Assembly (NCBI GenBank): GCA_965242725.1
Contig: CBDESZ010000027.1
Span: 1-64,000, forward strand
DNA: 64,000 nt
Reading direction: 5' to 3'
DNA from: Alkalispirochaeta sp.
GTDB lineage: Bacteria; Spirochaetota; Spirochaetia; DSM-27196; Alkalispirochaetaceae
Each line of letters starts with the position of its first letter. Position 1 is the first letter of the stretch. Below the pieces are notes generated by a model. That model was given only the letters and a program-made list of their open reading frames with translations, was not told the DNA's origin and did no database searches. Shown here in pieces: positions 9,996 through 20,768 of this stretch. The position numbers were made by a program, and so were the translations under genes.

Positions 9996-11335
9996 CCCCT
10001 CTGCAGGGCGCGGGAGACTCCCCGAAACCACCATTTGATTCGGTCCAGGAGCCGGCGGAAGAGCGATCCCTTCTCCACCGGCCGGTCAAAGGCGACCTCC
10101 TGACGGGCGATCGTTATACCTTCCGCGACATAGGATATGCTCCCCACAACTTCGCCCTTCCCGACGGGCGCCCATATCTCGGCGGGGATGTCGGGATTCC
10201 GTGTGATCAGCGAAACCGCCGATGCAGGTAAGGCGATTTCGTCCATGGGGAGCGTGATCGGTGCCACGCTCCGGGCGCGCCCGCCCCAGATCGCGATTTC
10301 GTCCAAACGGCGGCGGGGAAATGCGACTCGCCGGTAATGTTCAAATCCCCAGTCGAGGAGGGTTGTCGCGTCCTCGGCGCGGCGCCTTCCCCCTTCTCCG
10401 TGATTTGTACCGGCCACCCCCAGTACGACGACGATCAGACGACGACCGTTGCGTTCCGCCGTGGCGACGATGTTGTATCCGCTTTCCTCTATAAACCCGG
10501 TCTTCAGTCCGTCGGCTCCATCATACTCACCGATAAGGAGGTTGCGGTTTTCCTGGCGTATGGAACCACCCTGTAACTGGCCGTCCGAATAGTGACGCGA
10601 CTCGGGATAGGTGAATGCCGGCAGGGATGCGTACTCCGTGAGAATTCGGGGATAGCGGGAGATCAGCGTTCCCACAAACTTCGCAAAGTCTCCGGCGGTA
10701 ATACGATTGGCCGGACTCAACCCCGCGGGTTCTTCAAAATAAAAATGGGGATATCCGAGATCGGTCATTGCGGCGTTCATCGCTCCGGCGAAGGTCGATA
10801 CCGATGACGACACCCGGAGGGCAACTTCCGTTGCAGCGTCATTACCGCTCGAAACGAGGAGCCCCCGAAAGAGATCCGCCCCGGTCACAAGCTGATCTGG
10901 ACCGAGAAACATGAGGGAACTGCCGGCCGGCATCGCCGACGCCCACGCGTCCGGGTGAACCGGCTGCGGGTCGTGCAGGGAGAACTCGCCCGTTCCGACG
11001 GCGTCTAAGGCCGTATAGATGGTGACAAGCTTTGTCAGGGAGGCCGGTGCCCAGACGTCTTCATGACGGAGGCCGTAGAGCAGTGTTCCCGTCTCGTAGT
11101 CGAGTACGGCGGCGGAATGGGCGTACTGAAGTGCCGGAGCGGGCGGCGCAAAATCTCCGGGCACTCCACCTGTGTATACGAGAGACCCGTCGACACCGGC
11201 GGCGTACGCGGCCGTTCCGTTTACGCCGCTTTTGTCGGCAGCCGTCGCGTCGGTAGCCGTTCCGTCTGTGACCGCCCCTGCCAGGGCGAACACCGGTAGT
11301 ACGAGAACGATGAGAAGAGTACGTCGATATTTCAT
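9992..11335 (-). CDS. dacA: D-alanyl-D-alanine carboxypeptidase (PBP5/S11)
   Basis: SxxK (ASLTK), SGN, KTG motifs; signal peptide; C-terminal PBP5 domain. Confidence 0.9.
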   Translation of the reverse strand: MKYRRTLLIVLVLPVFALAGAVTDGTATDATAADKSGVNGTAAYAAGVDGSLVYTGGVPGDFAPPAPALQYAHSAAVLDYETGTLLYGLRHEDVWAPASLTKLVTIYTALDAVGTGEFSLHDPQPVHPDAWASAMPAGSSLMFLGPDQLVTGADLFRGLLVSSGNDAATEVALRVSSSVSTFAGAMNAAMTDLGYPHFYFEEPAGLSPANRITAGDFAKFVGTLISRYPRILTEYASLPAFTYPESRHYSDGQLQGGSIRQENRNLLIGEYDGADGLKTGFIEESGYNIVATAERNGRRLIVVVLGVAGTNHGEGGRRRAEDATTLLDWGFEHYRRVAFPRRRLDEIAIWGGRARSVAPITLPMDEIALPASAVSLITRNPDIPAEIWAPVGKGEVVGSISYVAEGITIARQEVAFDRPVEKGSLFRRLLDRIKWWFRGVSRALQRG

Positions 11336-11349
11336 AGGGTACGTTTTCT

Positions 11350-12279
11350 TTACTCCTTGAGGGCCGTAATCACTTCCCCAAGGACTCGTTCCGCATCTTC
11401 ATTGGGTACCTGACACGTCCCCGCCGCGGCGTGGCCGCCGCCGCCGTAGGAGAGCATCAGATCTCCGATATTCACCTTGCATGTGCGGTTGAATATCGAT
11501 TTCCCCACCGTCAGCACAGTATTCTGGCGACGAAATCCCCAGATGATCTGCACCGACACATTTGCTTCAGGAAAGAGTGCATATTTGACAAAGCGGTTCC
11601 CCGCATAGATCGTCTCTTCCGCCCGAAGATCGATAACAAGCACCGAATCGTCGAGCCGGGCAGTCTGGCGAAGCTGGTTCTGAAACTTTTCCTGATGCTC
11701 GAAATAGAGTTCCACTCGCTCCGCCACATCGGGCAGTGCGAGAATGTCGTCGATGTCGTGGTCGGTACAGTATTCAATGAGATCCATCATTAACTGATAG
11801 TTGCTGATACGAAAGTTGCGAAAACGGCCGAGACCGGTTCTCGCGTCCATGATAAAGTTGAGAAGGTTCCAGTTTTCCGGGTTCAATACTTCGTCCCGGG
11901 TGAAATCGGCGGAATCGCCTTTGTCGACGGCAACCATCATATCTTCACTGACCGTGGGAAATACATCGGCCCCGCCAAAATAGTCATATACGACACGGGC
12001 GGTGCTCGGCGCGTCGGGGTCGCTTATGTAGTTTTCGTGTTTGCCCACCCGCACCATTTCGGACCAGTGGTGGTCAAAGGCGAGATAGACACCCTCTACA
12101 TAGGGCAGATTTGTGGTGATGTCGTCACCGGAGATGGCGATGAGCCCATCCTGCATGTCTTTTGGATGTACAAATTTGATGTCGTCGATGAGATCACGGC
12201 TCTTCAGAAGAACCGCGCATACCAGGCCGTCAAAGTCGCTTCGCGTCACCAGCCGGTATTTCTTATCACCAGTAGCCAT
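11350..12279 (-). CDS. DHH-family phosphoesterase (exopolyphosphatase-like/NrnA-like)
   Basis: TRSDFDG, FDHH, YGGGGHAAAG motifs. Confidence 0.85.
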   Translation of the reverse strand: MATGDKKYRLVTRSDFDGLVCAVLLKSRDLIDDIKFVHPKDMQDGLIAISGDDITTNLPYVEGVYLAFDHHWSEMVRVGKHENYISDPDAPSTARVVYDYFGGADVFPTVSEDMMVAVDKGDSADFTRDEVLNPENWNLLNFIMDARTGLGRFRNFRISNYQLMMDLIEYCTDHDIDDILALPDVAERVELYFEHQEKFQNQLRQTARLDDSVLVIDLRAEETIYAGNRFVKYALFPEANVSVQIIWGFRRQNTVLTVGKSIFNRTCKVNIGDLMLSYGGGGHAAAGTCQVPNEDAERVLGEVITALKE

Positions 12280-12361
12280 AATCCCTCCGGATACCGAAGT
12301 GTACTCGAGTTTTTTCCATTCCTCAAGTTGTAGGGACTCTCCCGAGCCGTTATCATGAGCT

Positions 12362-13432
12362 ATGCGCCAATTGGGAACCCGTCAGGAATACGACAACTTG
12401 ATTATCGCCTGTGATGTGGGCGGTACAAATACGAGCATCGCCCTTGTCGGCCGTATGGGCAGCCGCTTTTTCCTGCTCCATCGTCTGCAGCATCAGACAC
12501 AGAAGCTTTCCTCCCTGGAAGAGGCATTGACCCGTGACATTGAGGAACTGAGACAGCACTTTGCCTCTCATCCGCCCGATCGCGTGTGCATCAGCGGAGC
12601 CGGTCCGGTTCGGGACAACACCTGCCGTCTCACCAATGTAAACTGGACGATCGACGGGAACTCAATCGAGAAGCAGTTCGGGATTCCGACCCTCGTCATC
12701 AACGATTTCACCGCAATCAGCTATGGAATTCCACTTCTGGATGTTGAAGATCCCGAACAGATCACCCCTCTGCCCCTCCCCGGCGGAGAACTCCCCCGGC
12801 CCCATGGCTCGGTCTATGCCGTCGTCGGCGCCGGAACGGGACTCGGCATCGGGTATCTGGTGGAACAGAATGGTCGCTATATCGCGCTCCCCTCGGAAGG
12901 AGGACACGCCGCCTTTGCGCCCTACGACCATATCTCCCGGGAGCTCTTTGACTACGTCGACTCCCGCGTCGCCTCACCGCCGGGGGGTGAGCTCTTTGTC
13001 TCCGGACAGGGGATCGCATGGACCCACCGATTCTTTAATGACGCCGGGAAGATACATCGTGATTCCCCTATCCATCCGGACAATCTGGGGAGCGGTGATA
13101 TCGGCGCCGCGGTTTCCCGTGCCGCCGGCGACGGGGACGAGACGGCTCAAGCGATCATGCGCCTCTTTATCCGCAATTACGCCCGGGTTGCATCGGATGC
13201 GGCACTGCACTTCCTGCCGACAAACGGGCTCTTTCTCGCCGGCGGTATCGCCACAAAGAACCAGCGGTGGTTTCTCGAGAACGACCTCTTCATAACGACA
13301 TTTGTGTATAACTATTTGGAACAAATCGGCACGCTGCTACGGCGCACCCCCGTCTATATCGTTCAGGACTATGCGATTTCGCTATACGGTGCGGCACATG
13401 CGGCGTACGCCCAGGAGGGAATACACACATGA
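12362..13432 (+). CDS. glk: Glucokinase
   Basis: DVGGTN, AGPV, LTNVNW, INDF, GAGTGLG, SEGGH, LAGGI. Confidence 0.92.
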   Translation: MRQLGTRQEYDNLIIACDVGGTNTSIALVGRMGSRFFLLHRLQHQTQKLSSLEEALTRDIEELRQHFASHPPDRVCISGAGPVRDNTCRLTNVNWTIDGNSIEKQFGIPTLVINDFTAISYGIPLLDVEDPEQITPLPLPGGELPRPHGSVYAVVGAGTGLGIGYLVEQNGRYIALPSEGGHAAFAPYDHISRELFDYVDSRVASPPGGELFVSGQGIAWTHRFFNDAGKIHRDSPIHPDNLGSGDIGAAVSRAAGDGDETAQAIMRLFIRNYARVASDAALHFLPTNGLFLAGGIATKNQRWFLENDLFITTFVYNYLEQIGTLLRRTPVYIVQDYAISLYGAAHAAYAQEGIHT

Positions 13433-14967
13433 CTATTGATTCTTCACTCCGCTCACGCATGGAAGCGCTGGGCATCGATGTGGATCGGTCCCGGCATATT
13501 CTGAATAAACTCAATGCAGGTGCCTATGACGACGTCGAGGCCGTGACGGCATCGGGAATACCCGAAATAGACGGTGAGCGTATCATCGACCGCACATCTC
13601 CCACGTCGCTTTCCATCGATGACGATGTATATCGCCGGCGCCTCCATGAAACGGCTCCGGAGATTCCCGCCGACTCCTTTGGAGACGTTACTGGCGGTAC
13701 ACGGACGCTTTCGGAGGAGGATCTGCGGACTCTTGGGGTGCTCCTCTATCCCTACGTTTCCTATGGCGTTCTCAACGGCGGCAGCGCCACGAGTTACGGT
13801 GACCGCAAGAAAAACCGCAGTTTCAGCGACGAGCTGTTCTCCCTCTATGAAAAAGAGTTCAACGACGTGGCACCGTCCGTTTCCGGTCAGCCGAAGGGCA
13901 TTACCCCGGCGTATATGAATCCAGACGGCTCAACGGGTGCCTCCTTTCTGGAGCTCAAGTTTCGGGCCCTTCTCCTGGCGGGTCGGCAGTATGCGGAGAC
14001 GGCGGGGCGATTCGGCGTAACTCCGCCGGTCACTCCCGACAACGCGCCCCTTCGTCCGGCGCTGCCGATTGTGGAAATGACGAGTCACCACACCGACGGC
14101 GCTCTCAAGGATGCCTATGCGGCGTATGCCGAAAGCCCCTTTCTCTCAGAGTTTGATGCCGACGCGGTTGCGGCGGCTCTCACCACGGAGTCGGCGGTCC
14201 AGCCGCTTCTCGCCGCCATGACCCACTCATCGCAAGGACGTCCCCGTCGTTTTTTTCAAAATGCCTACGGGAAAGAAGGAGAACCTCTGGGACTGCCCGG
14301 GGGACACGGCCAGAATTTTCAGGTGCTGAAGCCCATCTATGAGCGCATGTATCGCATGGGCAAACGCCTCGTCTATCTCGGCAATGTGGACAACACCGGA
14401 TTCACCCTGGATCCCGTTTCAATAGCCCTGGTGCTTCTCAGAGATGTCGAAGGAGGTTTTGACTTTTCCTTTCGAACTCCCGTCGACGTGAAGGGCGGCG
14501 TCCTGCTCTACGACCAGCATCGACGTCTGAATTGTGCCGACATCGGTCCGGCGATCAGCAAGGAAGAGGTCTTTCAGGCCGAGGAAGAGGGGAAGTCGAT
14601 TCTCTTCAATTGTGCCACCGGCCTGTTCAATCTGAATCACCTTGTTCCCCGCCTGGACGACATCGTTGAAAATCTGCCGATGCGTATTTCCGACCAGGAC
14701 AAGGATGCCGGCAGATACAGCCAGGCCGAACAGGTCACGTGGGAGATCATCGGTATGATGGATGACATTCTCATTTTCGGTATTGATAAATACCGGCGAT
14801 TTCTGGCGGCCAAGATGCTTCTGGACATGTTTCTTACCAGCGGTATTCACCGTCCCGAAGCCAGGGAGGTACAACCTGCAGTCGACAATCTTGCCGACGG
14901 TCTCCGGTTCGTCCTCGAGTCGGCGTACGGGGTCGTTCTCAGAAACAGCCGGTACGTGCCTGTGTAG
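13429..14967 (+). CDS. UTP--sugar-1-phosphate uridylyltransferase, UDPGP (eukaryote-type) family
   Basis: LNGGSATSY, PKG, PGGHG, YLGNVDN, VKGG motifs; ATGA overlap with glk. Confidence 0.8.
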   Translation: MTIDSSLRSRMEALGIDVDRSRHILNKLNAGAYDDVEAVTASGIPEIDGERIIDRTSPTSLSIDDDVYRRRLHETAPEIPADSFGDVTGGTRTLSEEDLRTLGVLLYPYVSYGVLNGGSATSYGDRKKNRSFSDELFSLYEKEFNDVAPSVSGQPKGITPAYMNPDGSTGASFLELKFRALLLAGRQYAETAGRFGVTPPVTPDNAPLRPALPIVEMTSHHTDGALKDAYAAYAESPFLSEFDADAVAAALTTESAVQPLLAAMTHSSQGRPRRFFQNAYGKEGEPLGLPGGHGQNFQVLKPIYERMYRMGKRLVYLGNVDNTGFTLDPVSIALVLLRDVEGGFDFSFRTPVDVKGGVLLYDQHRRLNCADIGPAISKEEVFQAEEEGKSILFNCATGLFNLNHLVPRLDDIVENLPMRISDQDKDAGRYSQAEQVTWEIIGMMDDILIFGIDKYRRFLAAKMLLDMFLTSGIHRPEAREVQPAVDNLADGLRFVLESAYGVVLRNSRYVPV

Positions 14968-14991
14968 CTATCGTATCGGTGATTCGGGACG

Positions 14992-15525
14992 TTACGAACG
15001 CCCTTCCTCCTGGAAGTCCCGAAAGAGAAGGCTGTGCTGAATACCCTTGTTGTTCTGGTATTTGCCGCTTGAATAGGGCTCGTAGTCCCCTTCAATGGTG
15101 TGGTAAAAAACCTGGCATATTTCCACTCCCGCGTAGATCCGGATCGGCTGGACACAAAACATCTCAAGTGTCCAGTAGCCGCGGAATCCGACGTCTCCAA
15201 ACCCCGCCGTGATATGCACGAAAAGCCCCAGTCGACCGATGGAGGAGCGCCCCTCGAGCATCGGTACAAAACCGTCGGTGGCGGTATACTCAACCGTCCG
15301 GCCGAGATACAGCCGGTACGGCTCAAGGAGCAATCCCTCCTCCGGAATCGCCAGCTCCCGGGAGGTGTTCTCCAGGCGCATATCGAGTTCCAGGGAGTCA
15401 TATACCCTCAGTTCGTCATGGAGACGCAAATTATAGCTGTTCGGATTCAGTTGCTTCCTGGAAAAGGGCTCAATGATTATTTTGTCCCCGAGATGGGATT
15501 CGATTGTTCGACCGGAGAGGACCAT
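14992..15525 (-). CDS. dcd: dCTP deaminase
   Basis: NPNSYNLRL, EGRSSIGRLG, TAGFGDVGF, TLE, KYQ. Confidence 0.93.
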   Translation of the reverse strand: MVLSGRTIESHLGDKIIIEPFSRKQLNPNSYNLRLHDELRVYDSLELDMRLENTSRELAIPEEGLLLEPYRLYLGRTVEYTATDGFVPMLEGRSSIGRLGLFVHITAGFGDVGFRGYWTLEMFCVQPIRIYAGVEICQVFYHTIEGDYEPYSSGKYQNNKGIQHSLLFRDFQEEGRS

Positions 15526-15534
15526 ATTTGCTCC

Positions 15535-15563
15535 AAAAAAAAGCCCGCAGCGTGCTGCGGGCT
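15535..15563 (-). terminator. Intrinsic terminator after the 56-aa ORF
   Basis: AGCCCGCAGC-gt-GCTGCGGGCT hairpin followed by a U-run on the minus strand. Confidence 0.85.
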
Positions 15564-15579
15564 CAAATTGTCGGGCGCG

Positions 15580-15750
15580 TCACATCAAGTCTTTGGGTCG
15601 GCGTCCCTGGTTGCCCGTCTTTTCGCACACTGCAAAGTGGCGCATTTTGCCGTTCTCAAAGACACTTTTCATGACAATTTTACCGCCCCACCGACTGGTA
15701 AGGGCCTGCGCCCCTTCACGACGGGCGTTCTTAGAAATTTTTCCTGCCAT
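15580..15750 (-). CDS. Small basic protein, 56 aa (not in ORF track)
   Basis: MAGKISKNARREGAQALTSRWGGKIVMKSVFENGKMRHFAVCEKTGNQGRRPKDLM; SD AAGGAGG upstream and terminator downstream; fills an otherwise empty gap. Confidence 0.85.
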   Translation of the reverse strand: MAGKISKNARREGAQALTSRWGGKIVMKSVFENGKMRHFAVCEKTGNQGRRPKDLM

Positions 15751-15856
15751 AAACACGTCCCTCCTTGTACTTCGAGGTTTGCGGTCTCAACGTCATAATA
15801 ACGGAAACCGGTCAAGGCGGTACTATCGCAAATAACGAAGGATGTGGCAAGAGCGG

Positions 15857-16957
15857 CTACTCAAAAAAGACGATCTCTTCCGGTCTGGCGATAAAGCGCC
15901 TGTCGTCGTCATGTCCGAGGATAGCGGGGATCTGGGAGGAGTGTTTGCCGAGGAGCAGTTCCAGTTCCCTGCTGCTGAATGACGAAATCAGTTTGGCTAC
16001 GTCGTTGACCGCCACGACGTCGCCCCGTTTGAAATTTCCCTCCACGGAAAGAACTCCCGTCACCAGCAGACTGTTATGGTTCCGTATCGCTTCAACAGCA
16101 CCGTCATCCACGGAAATTCTCCCGTGGGGAGCGCTGTGCAGGAGCCAGCGGCTGCGATTCTTCAGGTTCCGTCGCGCCGTAAATACGGTTCCCACCTCTT
16201 CACCGGCGATAATCCGGTCCAGAATGTTCTGCTCCCGCCCGTGGGCGAGGACAACCCGGCAGCCACCGTCTGCGGCGATCTGAACCGCTTTCAGCTTTGT
16301 ACGCATGCCGCCGGTTCCCCGTATGGAGCCGGGCGCTCCGGCGGCCTCCACCATATCTGCGGTCACCTGCGTTATCGCCTTCAGCGCGCTGGCGTCGGCG
16401 TGACGGCGGGGATCGCGGTCGTAGTACGCGTCCACATCACTGAGAAGGACCAGGAGTCCCGCGTCAATTTTACTTGCAACAAGGGCGCTCAATTGATCGT
16501 TGTCACCGAAGGCCGTTCCGATTTCGGCGGTCGCCACGCAGTCGTTTTCGTTGAAAACGGGCAGCACCCCCAGATCAAGGAGGCGTTCCACCGTATTTCT
16601 GAGACGGACATAGCTGTTCCGGTCGTCAAACGCTTCCCTGGTTACGAGCACCTGCCCGATAGGGACATTTTCGTCGCGAAAGGCGTCGCGATAGACGTGC
16701 ATGAGCATCGGCTGTCCGACCGCCGCGCACGCCTGCCGGAGGACAACATCCTGGACGCGGCCGGAGATGCCGAGCTCCCGGGCACCCAGACCGATGGCAC
16801 CGGAACTAACCAGGCAGACTTCCCTTCCCGACTCCCGCAAGTGCCGGAGCTGTGCCGCGAGGTCGCGTATATAGTCGACATCGAGCTCGTTGTCACGGGT
16901 AAGAACGTTTGTACCGACCTTGACGACAATTCGTTTGACCGCCCCAAAGTTGCGCAT
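15857..16957 (-). CDS. proB: Glutamate 5-kinase
   Basis: VVKVGT, VSSGAI, NEND, FGDNDQLS, GTGGMRTK, C-terminal PUA domain. Confidence 0.96.
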   Translation of the reverse strand: MRNFGAVKRIVVKVGTNVLTRDNELDVDYIRDLAAQLRHLRESGREVCLVSSGAIGLGARELGISGRVQDVVLRQACAAVGQPMLMHVYRDAFRDENVPIGQVLVTREAFDDRNSYVRLRNTVERLLDLGVLPVFNENDCVATAEIGTAFGDNDQLSALVASKIDAGLLVLLSDVDAYYDRDPRRHADASALKAITQVTADMVEAAGAPGSIRGTGGMRTKLKAVQIAADGGCRVVLAHGREQNILDRIIAGEEVGTVFTARRNLKNRSRWLLHSAPHGRISVDDGAVEAIRNHNSLLVTGVLSVEGNFKRGDVVAVNDVAKLISSFSSRELELLLGKHSSQIPAILGHDDDRRFIARPEEIVFFE

Positions 16958-16969
16958 CGAACACTACCC

Positions 16970-18262
16970 TCACAGAAGATCGCGATGGATAAATCGCTTC
17001 GTCCCGTCGCTGTAGGGTGCCACGACATGCCCCTCTCCCTGGAGGATCCATTTTGTGCTCAACAACCCCTCCACCCCGACCGGTCCGCGGGCGTGGATCT
17101 TTGAGGTGCTGATACCGACTTCGGCACCGAGACCGTACCGGTATCCGTCGGCAAAACGGGTGCTCGCATTCCACATAACCGACGCCGAGTCCACGGCGTG
17201 GATGAATTGTCGTGCCGTGTCCCCGTCGGAGGTGACGATTCCGTCGGTATGACCACTCCCATAGGTGTTTATATGCTCGATCGCCTCATCCACGGAATCG
17301 ACGATCTTCACGGAAATCACCAGGTCCAGATATTCCGTCGCCCAATCCTCATCGGTCGCCTCCGTGGCGGTGGCGATAATTCTCCGGGTGCGCTCACAAC
17401 CGCGAACCTCCACGCCCCGTTCCTGCAGCGCCGCAACGACCGGCGGCAACACGCTTTCCGCGCTGTTCTTGTGAACCAGCAGCGTTTCAACTGCGTTGCA
17501 GACGGCTACATACTGCGTCTTGGAATCGACGACGACGGGAACCGCCACGCCGGGGTCGACGGCGGAATCAAGATAGATATGACATATCCCGTCGGCGTGT
17601 CCGAGGACGGGTATGCGGGTATGGTCCATGATATATCGGACAAATTCGTTGGAACCGCGGGGAATCATGAGATCTATCAGATCGTCAAGGGCGAGAAGCT
17701 TCCCCACATCCTCCCGGGTTTCCACCAGCTGTATCCAGCCGTCGGGAATTCCCGCACGGCGGCCCGCTTCGGCAAAGACTTCCGCCAGAATACGGTTGCT
17801 CGACATCGCTTCCCGTCCGCCTTTCAGAACGACCGCGTTTCCGCTCTTCAATGCAAGGGAAGCGATCTGAACGAGGGCGTCCGGCCGGGACTCAAAGATC
17901 ATGGCGATCACTCCGATGGGCGCCGTTTCCTTGGTCAGGACGAGCCCGTCGTCCAGCTCCCGCCTGGCCAGCACCGCGCCGACGGGATCCGGCAATCCGG
18001 CGACCGACGCGATCCCCTCCGCACTGACGGCGATCTTCTTGTCGTCATAGCGCAGACGTTTCAGGAGGGGTTGAGCGAGGTGTTCACGCTCCGCCCGTTC
18101 GAGGTCATCCCGGTTGGCCGCCACGATCTCCGCACGCCACTCCTCAAGGAGTGACCGCGCCGCCTCCAGGGTTCTGTTACGCTCCTCTCCGGTCGTTGCG
18201 GCAAGGCGTTTTGCCGCCCGGTGAGCGCGCTCAACTCGGCTTCGTACATCTTCCTTGGTCAT
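16970..18262 (-). CDS. proA: Gamma-glutamyl phosphate reductase
   Basis: FESRP, KGGREA, IPRG, VCNAVETLL, NASTRFADG, STSKIHARGP. Confidence 0.96.
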   Translation of the reverse strand: MTKEDVRSRVERAHRAAKRLAATTGEERNRTLEAARSLLEEWRAEIVAANRDDLERAEREHLAQPLLKRLRYDDKKIAVSAEGIASVAGLPDPVGAVLARRELDDGLVLTKETAPIGVIAMIFESRPDALVQIASLALKSGNAVVLKGGREAMSSNRILAEVFAEAGRRAGIPDGWIQLVETREDVGKLLALDDLIDLMIPRGSNEFVRYIMDHTRIPVLGHADGICHIYLDSAVDPGVAVPVVVDSKTQYVAVCNAVETLLVHKNSAESVLPPVVAALQERGVEVRGCERTRRIIATATEATDEDWATEYLDLVISVKIVDSVDEAIEHINTYGSGHTDGIVTSDGDTARQFIHAVDSASVMWNASTRFADGYRYGLGAEVGISTSKIHARGPVGVEGLLSTKWILQGEGHVVAPYSDGTKRFIHRDLL

Positions 18263-18271
18263 ATCAATACC

Positions 18272-19324
18272 CTACATCGTGTCGGCGTGGCGTGCAGCGG
18301 TTTCCCTGAGAAGTTCTCTCGTTTCATCCCATCCGATGCACCCGTCGGTAATCGACTGTCCGTATGTCATCCGTTCCGGGGGCTGGATGAGTTCCTGTCG
18401 CCCTTCCCGGAGGTTGCTTTCAACCATAAATCCCTTTATCGACTGCCGTCCCGCAGTTCGCTGGCCGACCACATCCCGCAGAACCTCCCCCTGCCGGCGG
18501 AAATCCTTCGCGCTGTTTCCGTGGCTGCAGTCGACGACGATGTTCACCGGTAATCCGTTATGACGCAACATCTCCTCCACACGAACGATGTCCCAGCTGT
18601 GGTAGTTGGGGCCGCCCCGTCCGCCCCGCAGAATAATATGAACCTGGTCATTTCCCGTCGTATGAACGACACAGGTATCACCTTCATGGTTTATTCCGAT
18701 AAAACTGTGGGGATGAAGGGAGCTGGACATTGCATTTATCGCCGATTCTATGCTGCCGTCGGTGCTGTTCTTGAATCCCACCGGCATCGAAAGACCGCTC
18801 GCCATCTCCCTGTGAGTCTGTGACTCCGTCGTTCTGGCACCAATAGAAGCCCAGCTGACGAGGTCGTCAATATACTGGGGAACGATGGGATCAAGCATTT
18901 CGCTCCCCGCCGGCAGACCGAGCCTGTTGACGCCCAGCAGAATCTCCCGGGCACGATGCAGGCCCTGGTCGATTTCGTAACTGCCGTCCAGGTCGGGGTC
19001 GAGAATGAGTCCCCGCCAGCCAAGCCGGGTTCGGGGTTTTTCAAAATAGACGCGCATGACGATATGAAGCGCACCGGACAGTTCGTTGCGGAGTTCCACC
19101 AGGCGGGAGGCGTACTCAAGGGCCGCCTTTTCGTCGTGTATGGAGCACGGTCCCACCACCGCCAGCAGACGACGATCCTTTCCGGCCAGAATCCGCTCTA
19201 TCGTCCGCCGGCTCTCGAGAACGGTTTCCTCACACGTATCATCGAGGGGCATTCGCGTCTTCAACTCATTGGGCGACAGGAGCGGTATGAGTTCCTTTAC
19301 CCGTGTATTACTTGTCTGTCCCAT
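18272..19324 (-). CDS. aroF: 3-deoxy-7-phosphoheptulonate synthase, class I-alpha
   Basis: GPCSIHD, RVYFEKPRT, IGARTTESQTHRE, DCSHGNS, SITDGC. Confidence 0.93.
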   Translation of the reverse strand: MGQTSNTRVKELIPLLSPNELKTRMPLDDTCEETVLESRRTIERILAGKDRRLLAVVGPCSIHDEKAALEYASRLVELRNELSGALHIVMRVYFEKPRTRLGWRGLILDPDLDGSYEIDQGLHRAREILLGVNRLGLPAGSEMLDPIVPQYIDDLVSWASIGARTTESQTHREMASGLSMPVGFKNSTDGSIESAINAMSSSLHPHSFIGINHEGDTCVVHTTGNDQVHIILRGGRGGPNYHSWDIVRVEEMLRHNGLPVNIVVDCSHGNSAKDFRRQGEVLRDVVGQRTAGRQSIKGFMVESNLREGRQELIQPPERMTYGQSITDGCIGWDETRELLRETAARHADTM

Positions 19325-19373
19325 CAATATCTTCCTTCTCCTTCATCCCTGATGTCATACACATGCGAGGCGG

Positions 19374-20681
19374 TCACGACACCGGATCTCTCCTGACGGG
19401 AAGCGTCATACACCGCGGTCCTCCGCCTCCCCTTGCAAGTTCAATGCCGTCAATCGCAATGGCCGTCGCTCCTTCCACAGGAGCGCCGTCGGCGGTCACC
19501 ACCTTTCGGGGATCCCCGAGTACGTCCTTTCCCGAATGCACCGCGTATCCATGTCGGTCAAGAGCTTCCAGCGTCCGGGAATTGCTCCGGTATACCAGGA
19601 TCAGCCGAGGGCTCACGGCGAAACTGTTGCATCCGCTGAACCACTGCTCCCGTTCCCGTACCACCTCGATATTCCCGCCGCAGGGGACTAGAGAACACGG
19701 GTAATTCAGGGTGTCAAGGGCCGCAACAAAATCCTGATGGTTCCGTATCTTCCAGGAGGAACCGTATCCCGGAGGGATGGTGATTGTGTATACCGTCCTG
19801 CCCCGGGATCCGCTCAGGAAAGGCAGGTATCCCAGAAACTCTCCTTCTCCGATGGCGGTGACAACCATATCAAGATGAATCGTCGATCGCTGATGGGGCA
19901 AGTCGATCACGACCGCCGTAAGCGGCTCTTCCCGTCCTTCCGCGACCGCCTCCAGAAAACGGTCGACGCCGGCTGCACTGCTCCGTTCGCCCACTCCGAT
20001 GAGCAGGGTGCTTTCATTTAAAACGAGAACGTCACCGCCCTCCAGGCGGATGGCCGACGGAGACGAAGGAGAATCGGCACCTTCAGGGGAGGCGGCCGTC
20101 CGGGATGCACGACTGAAGCCGTCAAGCCGTTCATCAACGTTGACGCCCATGGACGAAAGTACAAGTGCCATGATCGCCGCCTCCGCGGCACGTACCCGGC
20201 CCGCCATGACCGAGCGGTACGCACGGTCAAAGGCTACAAACGCGCTGTCCCGGGTAAAGTAGAGATTCGGCAGCGGCGGTGTGACGTAGCGTTTGTCAAC
20301 GTAGAGGTCGGAGAGGCGTTCGGCATTCCGGGCAACACCGGTGATACAGTCATCACGGATATCGCCGGGTGATGCGCCGTACCATCGACGAATGAGCCGA
20401 TCCCGCATATCCCTGTCGTCCCGGGAGAGCGCCGCAGCGAGTCTTCCGACCCCCGTTTCATCGGAGGCGATCTTCTCCAGCACCGTAGAGACTTCCGTAA
20501 CCTCGGTAAAGAGCGCGAGTACCGCCTGGAGTTCCCGGTGTTCATTTCTGACCGACTCGACGGGAACGATATCATTGTACAGCAGTTCCTGAGCCGTGGC
20601 GGGCGTCATGAGTTCCACCTCCGCTCCGGGCTCATGGATCAGCACCTCTCTCAGTCGTCCAATTTCGTTTCCAACGGCCAT
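19374..20681 (-). CDS. arcA: Arginine deiminase
   Basis: [40 protein letters not shown]. Confidence 0.88.
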   Translation of the reverse strand: MAVGNEIGRLREVLIHEPGAEVELMTPATAQELLYNDIVPVESVRNEHRELQAVLALFTEVTEVSTVLEKIASDETGVGRLAAALSRDDRDMRDRLIRRWYGASPGDIRDDCITGVARNAERLSDLYVDKRYVTPPLPNLYFTRDSAFVAFDRAYRSVMAGRVRAAEAAIMALVLSSMGVNVDERLDGFSRASRTAASPEGADSPSSPSAIRLEGGDVLVLNESTLLIGVGERSSAAGVDRFLEAVAEGREEPLTAVVIDLPHQRSTIHLDMVVTAIGEGEFLGYLPFLSGSRGRTVYTITIPPGYGSSWKIRNHQDFVAALDTLNYPCSLVPCGGNIEVVREREQWFSGCNSFAVSPRLILVYRSNSRTLEALDRHGYAVHSGKDVLGDPRKVVTADGAPVEGATAIAIDGIELARGGGGPRCMTLPVRRDPVS

Positions 20682-20768
20682 TGGCACAGCCTACCCGCAC
20701 CGCCGGGACGTGTCGAGTCGTCGGCCGTCTCACTTGCCCCAACGGGTGTGGTGTGGTACCAATTCGCT

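Noticed and set aside
20538..20768. N-terminal extensions of asnS (and similarly phrB 38045, infA 48344, ackA 35126, 54648 ORF)
   Set aside because: They overlap neighbouring genes or promoters; family homology begins at downstream starts
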